DNA from: Thermoprotei archaeon
GTDB taxonomy: Archaea > Thermoproteota > Nitrososphaeria > Geothermarchaeales > JDFR-13
Direction: 5' to 3'
Assembly: GCA_011043415.1 (NCBI GenBank)
Contig: DQXH01000040.1
Coordinates: forward strand, 1 to 59,002
Length of the DNA stretch: 59,002 nucleotides
The first letter of the stretch is position 1. Every line of letters starts with the position of its first letter. A program made the position numbers and the translations under genes. Below the pieces are notes generated by a model that saw only the letters and a program-made list of their open reading frames with translations, was not told where the DNA came from and searched no databases. This document shows positions 20,776 to 32,200 of this stretch, piece after piece.

Positions 20776-22359
20776 TTATTCAAACTCTATAGTTGCAGGA
20801 GGCTTATTAGATATATCATATAATACCCTGTTTACCCCCTCAACCTCATTTAAAATCCTCTTAGAAATCCTCTCGAGAAGTTCCCACGATGCTTTATAGA
20901 AATTGGCTGTCATAGCATCCTCACTCTCGACTATCCTAATTACAATGATATATTCATAGCTCCTGACATCACCCTTTATACCGACTGACTTGACTGATAA
21001 TAGGATAGGGAAAGCCTGCCATACCTTATCATATACATTAGCTTTTTTAACCTCCTCATATACTATTTTATCCGCTTTCCTCAGTATCTCTAACTTCCGT
21101 TTAGTAATTCTACCTACTATACGAATAGCTAAGCCAGGTCCTGGAAAGGGATGCCTCAAATATACTTCTGAAGGAAGATTAAGCTCCCTCGCCAATACCC
21201 TAACCTCGTTTTTATATAGATCCTTCAACGGTTCAATAATCTTAAACCTATGCTTACCATATATTACAACATTATGATGAGATTTGATTCTATCGACATA
21301 TTTACTTACAACACCGCTTTCAACACGATCAGGGTATAGTGTTCCCTGAGCAAGATATTTAATATCACCATGTAATTTTTTAAGTCTATCAGCGACATCT
21401 TCAAAAACCTTAATATACGTCTCTGAAAAGATCCTCCTCTTCTTCTCAGGATTCCTAACATATGCTAGATTCTCTAAAAATATTTTAGATGCGTCATATA
21501 TGAAGAAATTCTTGAAATTTAGAATATCCTTATATAGCTCTTCAACCCAATCCCGCTCTCCATCCCTGAGTAGTCCGGTATCTATGAAGACGGGTATAAC
21601 GTTATCATCACCGATTATCCTCCTTAAAATAACTGAAGTAACTGTTGAGTCGACTCCTCCACTTACACCTACTATAACCTTCTCATTCTTCAGAAATTTT
21701 AACTCCTCCTCAAGTAAATCTAATATATTTACTGGACTCCAGTCCCTCCTACATTTAGTATAGAATCTTATGAAATTATCTAGTATTCTAGTACCATAGT
21801 CAGTATGTTTAACCTCAGGATGAAACTGTAAAGTAGTTATTGGATAATCCGTCTTCTCCATCGCAGCGATATTCCCATACTCTGTAAATGCTACTGCATT
21901 AAACCCTTCAGGAACATTTTCCACGACATCCCAATGACTCATCCATACTTTAAACCTTCCTGGAACCCCTGTAAACAGTCTCGACTCCCTTCTCTCTACA
22001 ACAACAGGACCATACTCACGCTTTACACCTCGTTTAACGATTCCACCAAAGTATTTAGCTACCAGCTGATGACCATAACAAATACCTAGTATCGGAAGCC
22101 TATGCTTAATTATTAGAGGTAACTCTATCGATGGATAGGCTTCATTCAATACACTTTTCGGCCCACCAGATAATATAACTCCGCAAGCATTCTTGAGTAT
22201 ATCAGGAACTAAATTAATATCGTCGGGAGAGACTATCTCAGTATACACCCCTAAAGACCTAATCCTCTGACTAATTAAATGAGTATACTGAGAACCAAAG
22301 TCTACAATTAAAATTATATTTCTATTATTCAACCTCGATCCAGACTCATTTATATACAT
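20776..22359 (-). CDS. guaA: GMP synthase (glutamine-hydrolysing), single-polypeptide GATase + ATP-pyrophosphatase
   Basis: GATase GICYGHQL / FHPEV; PP-loop VSGGVDSTV; C-terminal dimerisation domain ending PPATIEFE. Confidence 0.93.
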   Translation of the reverse strand: MYINESGSRLNNRNIILIVDFGSQYTHLISQRIRSLGVYTEIVSPDDINLVPDILKNACGVILSGGPKSVLNEAYPSIELPLIIKHRLPILGICYGHQLVAKYFGGIVKRGVKREYGPVVVERRESRLFTGVPGRFKVWMSHWDVVENVPEGFNAVAFTEYGNIAAMEKTDYPITTLQFHPEVKHTDYGTRILDNFIRFYTKCRRDWSPVNILDLLEEELKFLKNEKVIVGVSGGVDSTVTSVILRRIIGDDNVIPVFIDTGLLRDGERDWVEELYKDILNFKNFFIYDASKIFLENLAYVRNPEKKRRIFSETYIKVFEDVADRLKKLHGDIKYLAQGTLYPDRVESGVVSKYVDRIKSHHNVVIYGKHRFKIIEPLKDLYKNEVRVLARELNLPSEVYLRHPFPGPGLAIRIVGRITKRKLEILRKADKIVYEEVKKANVYDKVWQAFPILLSVKSVGIKGDVRSYEYIIVIRIVESEDAMTANFYKASWELLERISKRILNEVEGVNRVLYDISNKPPATIEFE

Positions 22360-22589
22360 CTTCTAATTCGATTATATATTAAATTGACTATATAAAACCA
22401 TTCTAAAAGCCATATACCTAATAGGGTTAACCCTATCACGAGCTTGACTAACTGGTCAATTACATTGTTTGGATATAAGGTTATAGTAACTATACCCCAG
22501 AATAATGAAAATATAACTATGAGGAGAATCCACTGGATGATTATAATAAATGCTATGTAAATAGTTTCAATATACTTCATACTCTTCAC
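22350..22589 (-). CDS. Small predicted membrane protein (2-3 TM helices)
   Basis: 79-aa hydrophobic ORF (IAFIIIIQWILLIVIFSLFWGIV..., VIGLTLLGIWLLEWFYIV) overlapping both neighbours by a few nt, which suggests translational coupling. Confidence 0.5.
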   Translation of the reverse strand: MKSMKYIETIYIAFIIIIQWILLIVIFSLFWGIVTITLYPNNVIDQLVKLVIGLTLLGIWLLEWFYIVNLIYNRIRRCI

Positions 22590-23569
22590 CCGAGGATTAT
22601 GAAAGTTATAACTGCTAAGGCTGATGAGACCGTAAATAACATTACTAATGATATAAAGGCTTCATACTCCTTCTTAGGGCAGCGTGCCACAATAAATCTT
22701 AATAGAGTGAGTGGAGAATCCTCGTTACATGCATCTATAATAAGCTCGGAGTTTTCATCGAAATGCGTGACCTCACTCTTCAACTTCTTGTGCTCAATAA
22801 ATCCCTTTACCTTATTTAAATAGAAAAATGAATTATGTATAAACGGCATCATCGAGATTAACACGGGGAACTCTGTTTTACTTATAATTGTAGAGATTAT
22901 AATCATCGTCCCGAGTATCAGGGATCCCGAGTTACCTAGGAAAATCTTTGCAGGATATAAGTTAAGTATTAGAAATCCGGCTAATATCGAGATAAATATT
23001 AATGTAAGGCTATTTAGAGTATTCTTCCTAAGGAAATAGACGATTAGAGATACAATGAGAGCATAGAATGTTCCAGTTGCAGCTGAACCATTTATTACGT
23101 CTAGCATATTAACCGTATTTAAGACTACTGCAAACGATACGAAAATTAACACTGGATATACTATTGAAAGGCGGAATACGATGCCGTCGAATATCTTTAA
23201 AATTGGATTATATAGCTTCAATAATATAATTGGTATAGCGCCGAACATAGTCGCAACAGGTTTATAGTAACCCGGTAAATTAGGGTATAAATCATCGATG
23301 AAGCCGATTATAAAAACTATAGTAAATGATAGTACCACCCCCGTAAATAGCTTATAATCGTTAACAATGCCGAGGAAATAAGCCACTACCATAGATAGAA
23401 TTATCGATAGGATTAATGCGACTCCACCCATCGACGATATTTTAGGATGCCCCCTCTTAAATGCATCATATCCTATAAAACGTGTTTTTAAACCTATTTT
23501 TGAAAATAATTTTGTAATTAATATTGAAAATACAAACGTGAATAAGAGGTATATAAATATGTTACTCAT
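22586..23569 (-). CDS. Glycosyltransferase family 4 (polyprenyl-phosphate HexNAc-1-phosphate transferase, AglH/WecA/MraY-like)
   Basis: Polytopic membrane protein with FIGFIDDL and NTVNMLDVINGSAATG motifs. Confidence 0.75.
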   Translation of the reverse strand: MSNIFIYLLFTFVFSILITKLFSKIGLKTRFIGYDAFKRGHPKISSMGGVALILSIILSMVVAYFLGIVNDYKLFTGVVLSFTIVFIIGFIDDLYPNLPGYYKPVATMFGAIPIILLKLYNPILKIFDGIVFRLSIVYPVLIFVSFAVVLNTVNMLDVINGSAATGTFYALIVSLIVYFLRKNTLNSLTLIFISILAGFLILNLYPAKIFLGNSGSLILGTMIIISTIISKTEFPVLISMMPFIHNSFFYLNKVKGFIEHKKLKSEVTHFDENSELIIDACNEDSPLTLLRFIVARCPKKEYEAFISLVMLFTVSSALAVITFIILG

Positions 23570-24926
23570 GACTTAATCCTACTCCATAGAACTTGATGCC
23601 GTACTTCTTATAAGCATCGGGATCCAATATTCTTCTACCATCGTATATAACTGGATTTTTCATTAATTTAACTAAGTTTAAAGGATCTAATGATCTAAAC
23701 TCATCCCAGTCTGTAGCGATTACTAGGTATTCACTCCCAGATACACATGAATCTAAGTCTTTACAAGGTATTATTTTCTCAGTAAATTGCTTCAGCTCTC
23801 TATCCAGCCTGATATAATCAATGAATTTATCTATTGCTTTAGGATCATAAACTTTTACAATAGCCCCCTCTCTAACGAAAGATCTAATAGTTTTAATAGC
23901 CTGCGACCCTCTGATATCCCCAACTCCACCCTTGTAGGAAACTCCTAATATTGTAACTACCTTATTCTTAAGTGACCCATAGATTTCAATAGCATTCTCA
24001 ATTGGTAAATTAGCTTGATACTCATTTATCTTATAGATGGATTTAAATAGATCCCTATATGGAGGGAATTTCTCGATAAACTTTATAAATGCATAAAGAT
24101 CTTTAGGTAGGCAGCCGCCGCCGAACCCTATTCCAGGATGCAAGTATTTCTCGCCAATTCTATCATCAAGCCCCATAACCTCCTTTATAGTCATTACGTC
24201 ACAGAACCCTATTTTCTCACAGATATATGCTATAGAATTTATAAAACTCAGTTTACATGTGAGAAATAGGTTTGACGCGTATTTAGATAACTCTGCATTT
24301 TCAATTGTAGTCCTTATTATAGGGGGTAGCTTACCATCATAAAATAACTGATAAAAGTTAATTAGCCTATCCCCAGACCGTTTATCAAACTCTCCAATAA
24401 CAATACGTTTAGGATCTCTAATATCATATAATGCACTACCCTCCCTCAAAAACTCTGGATTATATACATATCCTATCTCCTCGATCTTCAATCCGGAATA
24501 TCTCTCTAATATAGGAAATAGGATATTCCTAGATGTACCCGGCAGAATCGTACTTTTAACTACTATTAGAGGAATATTCCTTAAGCCCTTAAGCAAATGC
24601 GCTAATTTAATCATTACATATTTAATCGACTTTAGAGACTGCCCGCTTTTCACCGTGGGCGTATCAACCGATATAAATATATAATCTGGCCTAAAACGCT
24701 TTATCAAACTATATCTATTAGTAAACTTAATTAAGCCCTTATCAATAGAGGTACTAATTAATTGAGACAAACCAGGTTCATCCACTGGAACTAAACCTTT
24801 ATTCAGACTCTCTATTTTGTCTTTATCTATATCTATACCCAGGCACCTAATCCCTCTAGATGAAAAGGATGCAATATATGAAAGCCCTACGAAACCAAGT
24901 CCTATAACTGCTACTCTATACATCAT
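23562..24926 (-). CDS. Nucleotide-sugar dehydrogenase (UDP-glucose/GDP-mannose dehydrogenase family)
   Basis: N-terminal Rossmann VIGLGFVGL, catalytic GFGGGCLPKD, C-terminal UDP-binding domain. Confidence 0.88.
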   Translation of the reverse strand: MMYRVAVIGLGFVGLSYIASFSSRGIRCLGIDIDKDKIESLNKGLVPVDEPGLSQLISTSIDKGLIKFTNRYSLIKRFRPDYIFISVDTPTVKSGQSLKSIKYVMIKLAHLLKGLRNIPLIVVKSTILPGTSRNILFPILERYSGLKIEEIGYVYNPEFLREGSALYDIRDPKRIVIGEFDKRSGDRLINFYQLFYDGKLPPIIRTTIENAELSKYASNLFLTCKLSFINSIAYICEKIGFCDVMTIKEVMGLDDRIGEKYLHPGIGFGGGCLPKDLYAFIKFIEKFPPYRDLFKSIYKINEYQANLPIENAIEIYGSLKNKVVTILGVSYKGGVGDIRGSQAIKTIRSFVREGAIVKVYDPKAIDKFIDYIRLDRELKQFTEKIIPCKDLDSCVSGSEYLVIATDWDEFRSLDPLNLVKLMKNPVIYDGRRILDPDAYKKYGIKFYGVGLSHE

Positions 24927-24996
24927 TATTACCCTGAAGAGCCTGTAACGTTTAATAAAAATATTTTTGGACTATAGATATTAATAACTTACTTCA

Positions 24997-25084
24997 TGGC
25001 GCCGGGAGTGGGATTCGAACCCACGCGGGGCAGAGCCCCATCGGCTCTCAAGGCCGACCCCTTGGTCCACTCGGGCATCCCGGC
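24997..25084 (-). tRNA. tRNA-Ser (anticodon UGA), class II with long variable arm, CCA encoded
   Basis: Minus strand: GCCGGGA-TG-...-TCGGC-CTTGAGA-GCCGA-TGGGGCTCTGCCCCGC-GTGGG-TTCGAAT-CCCAC-TCCCGGC-G-CCA. All stems pair. Confidence 0.92.
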
Positions 25085-25154
25085 ATCCAAAGACAAGTTT
25101 ACCGTATTTAATTTATTAAACTTTAATTTACTTTAGGTTTTATAATTGGTTAGT

Positions 25155-25580
25155 ATGACCGGCGGATATAGATTCCTTCCACATACCGCCGACATTAAAG
25201 TAGAGGCGTGGGGGAGTGACCTTGAAGAGGCATTTAAATATGCTGGAATAGCGTTCTCCGATATAATCGTGGATGTGAGTAAAGTTAAAAAGAAGCTGAG
25301 TAGAGAATTTGATGCAGATGGCGGCGATATACAGGAATTGTTATATAATTTTATAGAGAGGCTGATATTATTTGTAGATCTCGAGAACATTATATTCTCA
25401 GACTTCAATATAGATATGAAGAAAGCCAGCACCTATATATTAAATTGTACGGCATACGGTGATTATATTGATCCAGATATACATGGTTATAAAACTTTAG
25501 TGAAGGCTATAACATATCATGAGATGGAGATTATTGAGATGCCAGAAAAAATTTTAATTAGATATGTAGTAGATATATGA
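25155..25580 (+). CDS. Archease (RtcB/tRNA-ligase cofactor family)
   Basis: YRFLPHTADIKVEAWGSDLEEAFKYAG...KAITYHEMEI. ATG at M4 of the track ORF. Confidence 0.88.
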   Translation: MTGGYRFLPHTADIKVEAWGSDLEEAFKYAGIAFSDIIVDVSKVKKKLSREFDADGGDIQELLYNFIERLILFVDLENIIFSDFNIDMKKASTYILNCTAYGDYIDPDIHGYKTLVKAITYHEMEIIEMPEKILIRYVVDI

Positions 25581-25582
25581 TG

Positions 25583-25906
25583 TTAATATGTTAATCTAAC
25601 TTCTATAAAAACATCTTCAGGAACCTTCAGCCTAATAAGATGTTTCATCGTCCTCTCATTCTGCTCTATATCAATCAACCTCTTATGTATCCTTAATTCA
25701 AACTTATCCCAAGTCTCCGACCCCTGTCCACATGGACTCTTCCTTGTGGGTATCACGATTCTTCTAGTAGGTAGGTAAACCGGCCCAGAGTATCTCGCAC
25801 CAGTCTTCTCAGCTATCTCCTTAATTTGATTCATGAAATCATCTAATACTTTATGGTCTGTACCTACAATTATTATCCTGGTCTTCGCTTTATAGCTCTT
25901 AGCCAT
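25583..25906 (-). CDS. rps10: 30S ribosomal protein S10 (uS10)
   Basis: ARIIIVGTDHKVLD...GPVYLPT...HKRLIDI; downstream of tuf. Confidence 0.93.
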   Translation of the reverse strand: MAKSYKAKTRIIIVGTDHKVLDDFMNQIKEIAEKTGARYSGPVYLPTRRIVIPTRKSPCGQGSETWDKFELRIHKRLIDIEQNERTMKHLIRLKVPEDVFIEVRLTY

Positions 25907-25955
25907 TAGCCCTCACTTATCTATGTATATTGTAATAAAGGTGAAGTTTAATGCT

Positions 25956-27272
25956 TTAACCCTTGATCTTTATCTCAGCCTTCTTAGTAATCTCTTTAAC
26001 AACACCTGCGGCTATTGTAGTACCCATATCTCTTATAGCGAATCTACCTATTTCTGGGAACTCCTTAAACTCCTCCATAGCCACTGGACGCATAGGTCTA
26101 AATCTGACTACAGCTACATCTCCAGTCTTTAGGAATTTAGGACTCTCTTCTACAACCTGTCCAGTCCTCCTATCTAATTTAGCAATTAACTCAATAAAAG
26201 ATACGGCTACTTGAGCAGTATGTATATGCATCACAGGCGTATATCCGACGCCTATCGCTGTCGGGTGGTATATTATGAAGATCTGGCCGATAAACTCCTC
26301 AGCTACTGTAGGTGGATTATCCAGATGCCCTACCACATCTCCCCTCCTTACATCCTTTCTAGCTATGCCCTTAACGTTGAATCCTATATTATCTCCCGCT
26401 ACAGCCTCCTGCATAGGCTGGTGATGCATCTCAATAGACTTTACCTCACCGACAAGCCCAGGTGGCATGAAGACTACTTTATCACCGACTTTAAGCCTAC
26501 CAGTCTCAATCCTACCAACGGGGACGGTGCCTACTCCCGTTATAGAATAGACATCCTGAATAGGTAATCTCAATGGCTTATCAACAGGCTTTGGAGGCTC
26601 TACAAACTCGTCTAAAGCCTCTATTAATGTCGGGCCATCATACCATGGCATCTTATCAGACTTTCTTATCACATTGTCTCCGGTCCAGGCCGATACTGGT
26701 ATAAATCTAATTTTATCTACCTTAAATCCGAGAGTCTTCAATAACCTAGATACCTCATTCTTAATCTCTTCATACCTCTCCTTACTCCAATTCACTTGTG
26801 GATCATCCATCTTATTAATTACTACAACAACCTGGTCTACACCCAGGATCTTCAGTAGGGATGCATGCTCCCTGGTCTGGCCACCTGGGGAGATTCCGGC
26901 CTCAAACTCACCCGGACGTGCTGAAACAACTAGTATAGCAACGTCAGCCTCACTCGCACCAGTAATCATATTTTTAATGAAGTCCCTATGACCTGGGGCG
27001 TCAATTAAAGTATATTCATATTTCTTTGTTTCGAATCTATAGAATGATAGGTCTATTGTTAGACCACGCTCACGCTCTTCTTTAAGCTTATCCATAACCC
27101 AAGCGAATTTGAATGACTCCTTACCAAGTTTCTTCGCCTCCTCCTCATACTGTTTAATTACTCTCTCGTCAATCGCTCCAGCCTCATATAGTAACCTACC
27201 CATTAAAGTAGATTTTCCATGGTCTACATGTCCTACTGTTACTAGGTTTAAATGGGGTTTCTCCCTAGGCAT
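25956..27272 (-). CDS. tuf: Elongation factor 1-alpha
   Basis: [21 protein letters not shown], full domains II/III; 438 aa. Confidence 0.97.
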   Translation of the reverse strand: MPREKPHLNLVTVGHVDHGKSTLMGRLLYEAGAIDERVIKQYEEEAKKLGKESFKFAWVMDKLKEERERGLTIDLSFYRFETKKYEYTLIDAPGHRDFIKNMITGASEADVAILVVSARPGEFEAGISPGGQTREHASLLKILGVDQVVVVINKMDDPQVNWSKERYEEIKNEVSRLLKTLGFKVDKIRFIPVSAWTGDNVIRKSDKMPWYDGPTLIEALDEFVEPPKPVDKPLRLPIQDVYSITGVGTVPVGRIETGRLKVGDKVVFMPPGLVGEVKSIEMHHQPMQEAVAGDNIGFNVKGIARKDVRRGDVVGHLDNPPTVAEEFIGQIFIIYHPTAIGVGYTPVMHIHTAQVAVSFIELIAKLDRRTGQVVEESPKFLKTGDVAVVRFRPMRPVAMEEFKEFPEIGRFAIRDMGTTIAAGVVKEITKKAEIKIKG

Positions 27273-27316
27273 GCTATCTCAACCTCCAATTCAATTCTAA
27301 GATTATAATATACACA

Positions 27317-27325
27317 TTTATAAAT
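27317..27325 (-). promoter_or_regulatory. Putative TATA box for tuf-rps10 transcript (with GGAGG Shine-Dalgarno at 27283-27287)
   Basis: TTTATAAAT-like element about 45-53 nt upstream of the tuf ATG; GGAGG 11-15 nt upstream of the ATG. Position-based prediction only. Confidence 0.3.
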
Positions 27326-27376
27326 GATACTCTTATGGAGATATATAAATGAGTAAATAAACTAGTTTTTTTAATA

Positions 27377-27958
27377 CTATCTAGAAGCTAGTGCAATCCT
27401 CTCGATTTCAATCCTCTTATTAATTGCATAACTGCCTAGATCATTCTTCGCTGCTAAAATAATTTCTTGCGCCAACGCCTCCTCAATACTCATACGATTA
27501 TTCCTAGCCCTATTTTTAGCTCCCTCTACAATATTCTTCAACGCTACATCTATCCTACGGAGTGGGGATACGTCGACGGATACGGTGTATGCGGCGCCTC
27601 CATATGCAATTGTAGTTACATCCTCACAGGGTCCAGCGTTCTCTATCGCATATACCAGTAATTGAATAGGATTCTTACCAGTCTCAAGCTCGATTATTCT
27701 AAATGCAGCTTTTACAATATTAATTGCTTTCGCCTTCTTACCGCCCATCTTACCCGGCCGCATCAACTTATTTACTAACCTCTCAACTATATTAACCTCA
27801 GCCTTCCCAAACTTCTTATGCTCATGCCTACCTCCACTCCATGGAACTAATACAGGTTTAAGAGAGATATATTGCTTTAAACTAATATCCCTAACTTCAA
27901 CATCCCCGAATGAGTATCTACCAAATAACTTTAGTGAAGGAATAGATTTACTGCTCAT
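27377..27958 (-). CDS. rps7: 30S ribosomal protein S7 (uS7)
   Basis: [16 protein letters not shown]; RLVNKLMR.G...GKK..A..IV..AF.II. Confidence 0.93.
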   Translation of the reverse strand: MSSKSIPSLKLFGRYSFGDVEVRDISLKQYISLKPVLVPWSGGRHEHKKFGKAEVNIVERLVNKLMRPGKMGGKKAKAINIVKAAFRIIELETGKNPIQLLVYAIENAGPCEDVTTIAYGGAAYTVSVDVSPLRRIDVALKNIVEGAKNRARNNRMSIEEALAQEIILAAKNDLGSYAINKRIEIERIALASR

Positions 27959-27964
27959 ATTAAA

Positions 27965-28405
27965 CTACCTCTTAGGCTTCTTCACCTTACCAGTTATCAG
28001 AAGCTTTAATGGAACTCCATTAACCATAAATACACGGTATCTTACTCCAGGTAGGTCGCCCATCGCCCTACCTTGGGACCCACCGATACCCTCTATCATC
28101 ACTTCATCATGCTCATCAACGACATTAAGTGCGCCGTCTCCAGGTAAGAAAGCGGTTACTTGCTTACCATTTTTAATTAACTGTACTCGAACACATTTCC
28201 TTAATGCAGAGTTAGGCTGCTTAGATTCTATACCCACCTTCTCTAATACTATAGCACGAGCCATAGGCGCACCCTCAAGCGGATCTGCCTTCTCATCTAA
28301 TCTAAGCATTCTACGCCTATATTTGATATCACTCCATCTAAACTTCTGCCTCTTCATTCTTAACTTTCTAGCTGCAAATAACCCTCTTGGACTCTTCCTT
28401 CCCAT
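27965..28405 (-). CDS. rps12: 30S ribosomal protein S12 (uS12)
   Basis: [30 protein letters not shown]. Confidence 0.95.
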   Translation of the reverse strand: MGRKSPRGLFAARKLRMKRQKFRWSDIKYRRRMLRLDEKADPLEGAPMARAIVLEKVGIESKQPNSALRKCVRVQLIKNGKQVTAFLPGDGALNVVDEHDEVMIEGIGGSQGRAMGDLPGVRYRVFMVNGVPLKLLITGKVKKPKR

Positions 28406-28451
28406 AGACCATCCTCTCTATATACGATTATATCACCTTATAAAAATTTTA

Positions 28452-28955
28452 TCATCTAATAAGTATATTAGATACATTAAAGAAAGCCTTTGCAAGCTCC
28501 CTCCCGATCCTAGCTCTCAATCCTCCCCTACCTATAACCACGCCCCTTTTATCTGGAGGAACATTTATATATACGATTGTACTGCCATCGGATCTCTTCA
28601 TTATCCTTATACTATCTTCCCTACTTAATCCAAAGAAATTCTTTATGAACGATATTAGATCATCATTATAGATTACTATATATACCTTCTTCTTGAGGTT
28701 CTCAGATAATAATTTCGCTAATGCAGATACAAACTTCGTCGGCGTATACTTATTATATTTTAAATAACGTGATACATCGTTTACCAACGGCTTATTTATA
28801 AACATCTTATATACATCCCGCTCATGTACAATATAGAATATTATATCCTCGATCATCCTGCATGTAATAGGACTCACTGAAGTAATACCCTCAAATATAT
28901 TCATCAACAGCAATTCATCACTCGAGAGTTTTATAGGCTGATTACTATTAGCCAT
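28452..28955 (-). CDS. nusA: Archaeal NusA-like transcription termination/antitermination protein (two KH domains, first one divergent)
   Basis: LMNIFEGITSVSPITC... and second KH motif KRGVVIGRGGLRARIGRELAKAFF. ATG at M14 overlaps the rpl30e stop by 8 nt. Confidence 0.8.
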   Translation of the reverse strand: MANSNQPIKLSSDELLLMNIFEGITSVSPITCRMIEDIIFYIVHERDVYKMFINKPLVNDVSRYLKYNKYTPTKFVSALAKLLSENLKKKVYIVIYNDDLISFIKNFFGLSREDSIRIMKRSDGSTIVYINVPPDKRGVVIGRGGLRARIGRELAKAFFNVSNILIR

Positions 28956-29214
28956 AGAAAATATCCTCCGAAATCGGAGCAGATCCAATATCATATATAA
29001 CTAATGTTGAGATAGAGTGGGGGCGGCCGCATAAGTCGCCGATTTCAATATTTGTTTTAGTAAGCTTAATCACTGGAATCTCCCTATTTATAGACTTGAC
29101 TAACTTCATAATCTCCTCCTCATGCTCCTCAGGTATATTTCTAGCCAATAAAATAGCTTTTATCTTATCCTGCTCATTACTTAGAGCCCACTTAACATTA
29201 TTAAAGCCTATCAA
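28948..29214 (-). CDS. rpl30e: 50S ribosomal protein L30e (coordinates from the first canonical start, TTG; coding homology appears to continue upstream to about 29274)
   Basis: ...IGDLCGRPHSISTLVIYDIGSA (L30e C-terminal signature). The upstream same-frame translation DIKKIESNLPIIYKTGKV-L-IG matches the family N-terminus but has no ATG/GTG/TTG. Confidence 0.8.
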   Translation of the reverse strand: MIGFNNVKWALSNEQDKIKAILLARNIPEEHEEEIMKLVKSINREIPVIKLTKTNIEIGDLCGRPHSISTLVIYDIGSAPISEDIFYG

Positions 29215-29275
29215 AACCTTCCCTGTCTTATATATGATTGGGAGATTAGACTCTATCTTCTTAATATCCGTTATA

Positions 29276-32200
29276 TTAACCCACCTCCATATATAAATCT
29301 ACCGAACCAGTGCCAATAGGTACTCTTGAACCTACAATAATATTCTCAGTAGGCCCTCTTAACAAGTCCTCCTCACCCCTCACAGCAGCCCCGACAAGCA
29401 CTGGAACCGTTATCTCAAACGCTGCCCTCGTCAGTACAGAGTCTTTAACCGCCACTACACCATACCTACCCATCTGCCTAATCCTACCATCCCGCGTCAT
29501 AATATCTGCAACAAGCATAATATGACGATAATCTACGTCTAGACCCTGTTCCTCCATTACAGACTTAATCTCATTAATAATAGCGTTCCTAGCCGCCTCA
29601 ATACCTAATACTTCATATATTTCAAATATATCATTTGTAATCGTCCTCACAGGATCTACACCTTCAAATAATAGGACCTCCTTTAAATTACTTCCCGCAG
29701 TATATATAACCCATTCCTCTTCACCAGTCTCTTCATTCACAATCTTCTCCAGCGTCACCCTCACTACATTTGGTATGCCGGCTATATGCCTATCTAAGAA
29801 CCGGTCTCTAGCCTTCCTCAATTTCTCTAGTATAACATATTCGTCAGTCTCGTTTTCCTTTATCTTGATATTAGGCCTTATAATTAAAGTATCCTCCTTC
29901 AATTCAGTTGAATATCTCCTACTAAATATTCTCTTAACCTCTATCGGACTCTTCCCTACCGCCTTCAATGACTCTAAATCTAGTTTAAATATTATGCTTC
30001 TATTTATCAAGTCGATTGTAGCTTCCTTAACCACGTCTCTAAACTGAGTAGCTTTAATGCGATTCGCAACTGCCTCAGCTTTCTCCTGTGAATACCTATG
30101 TTCCTCATCTAAATAGATGATCATCCTTGGTGTGGAAGGTTTCTGTTTAGCGTCGATAATTTCTATAATTCTCGGTAGACCTATGGTGACGTCTTTCTCT
30201 TTTACACCAGCATAGTGGAATGTTCTTAAAGTCATCTGTGTACCAGGTTCTCCTATTGATTGCGCTGCAACTACGCCCACCGCCGCCCCAGGGTCTATCT
30301 TAGCGGTCCTATAATTTATTACAGCCTGTCTAATAGCCTCCTTAGCCACCTCCTTATTCGCCTTCTTCTCAATAAGCTTACTCCATAATTCATCCCTCAA
30401 TGAAGATGGGATCTCAGATTCAACCTTCTTCAATAACTTCTTAATATAGTCTTTAGTAGCCCTCTTACCCTTTGGATATAGCAGTGATATCGAGTCAATC
30501 AGCCTATCAATATTCACAGGCTTACCATGATCACTTCTAGCCGGATCGACAGCATCTTCACCATATTTAAACTGAACTATCTTACCATTCGATGTTCTTA
30601 CTACGAAGTCATGGTCGACATGTAGATCCTCTAGCGAATATACAAGACGCCTATATAAGTAACCACTCTGCTGGGTCTTTACAGCCGTATCCATCAAACC
30701 CTCTCTACCACCCATACTATGGAAGAAGAACTCTGTCGGAGTTAACCCGCTATAGAAACTACTTCCTACGAACCCTCTCGCCCTAGCCCCTATGTCACCC
30801 TCCTTAAATGTCGATAACGTTCTATTATCAAATCCTCTTGATATCCTCCTACCACGTATAGTCTGCTGTCCCAGCATCGCAGTTAACTGTGCAACGTTAA
30901 TGTCAGTCCCCCTAGCTCCACTCATAACCATGATATATAGCGGATTATCTTTACTTAGATATTCGAGGGCTATCAAACCGGCTTGTGTCCTAGCATCCGC
31001 CAAGACCTCATGGATATGTTGTTCTAGGCTCTCTTCAGGAGACAATCCCTTAATCAACTCAAGTTCACCACGTCTATATTTAGCAATGATCTCGTCAACT
31101 TTCTTAATAGCCTCCTCCTCAATTTTCTTAATCTTTATAATAGCCTCCTCTGGAAGCTTCAGATCCTCAATATCAATTGAGAAGCCTGTAAATGTTAGGA
31201 ACCTGTCTAATACTCTAGCGAACTGTGTAATAAACTTTCCTCCAAAACGGTTACCATACTCTCTTACAAGCCTATGTAGTACACTATCAGCCTGCTCAGC
31301 CCCAATTGAATTCTTATCTATAGTACCTTTAAGGAGGACTCCTTTCTTAATGATAACATCCTTATCTAATTTAGATTTCAACGAGTATGTAAATGTCTCT
31401 GGCAATAATATGCTAAACAATGATTTACCCGAGTATTTCCCTCTCTTATGCTTCTTAATTAAGTCCAGCTTTGCAACCCTATCATATGTCGACAATAGAT
31501 TGAAGAATAGATCCTTACTTAATTCATTACCCTCCATAGTCAAGATAAATGCAGAGGTAATGTAATCTTTTCCGAAACCTATTATAGGAGCGCCGTATCT
31601 AGGACTTATTATCTGGTTTTGAACCAGCATTAATGCCTTAGCCTCAGCAGCCGCTTCACTATTCTGCACTACATGCAGATTCATCTCATCCCCGTCGAAG
31701 TCCGCGTTATAGGGTGGACACACCGTTAAATGCAGTCTAAATGTACGGTAGGGTAAAACCTTAGCCACATGAGCCATTATAGACATTCTATGGAGAGATG
31801 GCTGCCTATTGAATAATACTATGTCACCATCCATAAGATGCCTTTCAACTATATCACCTACCTCAAGCATCTCCGCAACTTTATATCTATCTGCATACTT
31901 TAGATACATCCTATACCCGCCTTTTGTGGCTTTAATTACGTAATTAGCTCCGGGATGAATATCAGGACCGTTTATAACCAGTTTCCTCAGCTCTTCAATG
32001 TTATAGGGTGTGACTATCGTACTAACAGTCAGAATCTTTGCAATCTCCTCTGGAACACCTACTTCATTAATATTTAGATTAGAGTCTGGTGAAATTACAG
32101 TTCTTGCCGAGAAGTTTACTCTCTTTCCAATCAAATTATTTCTAAATCTACCTTCTTTACCCGAGAGACGCTGTGCAAGAGTCTTTAATCTCTTAACGCC

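Noticed and set aside
20776-22359. Single-polypeptide GMP synthase as an unusual fusion
   Set aside because: Fused guaA is the common form in many lineages. I cannot tell without a taxonomic comparison whether it is unusual for this clade.
30792-31565. 257-aa plus-strand ORF inside rpoA (also 29310-29525, 29775-30047, 32292-32579)
   Set aside because: It is antisense to a strongly supported core gene. The translation is low-complexity and S/L/I/P-rich with no motifs, typical of shadow ORFs opposite highly biased coding sequence.
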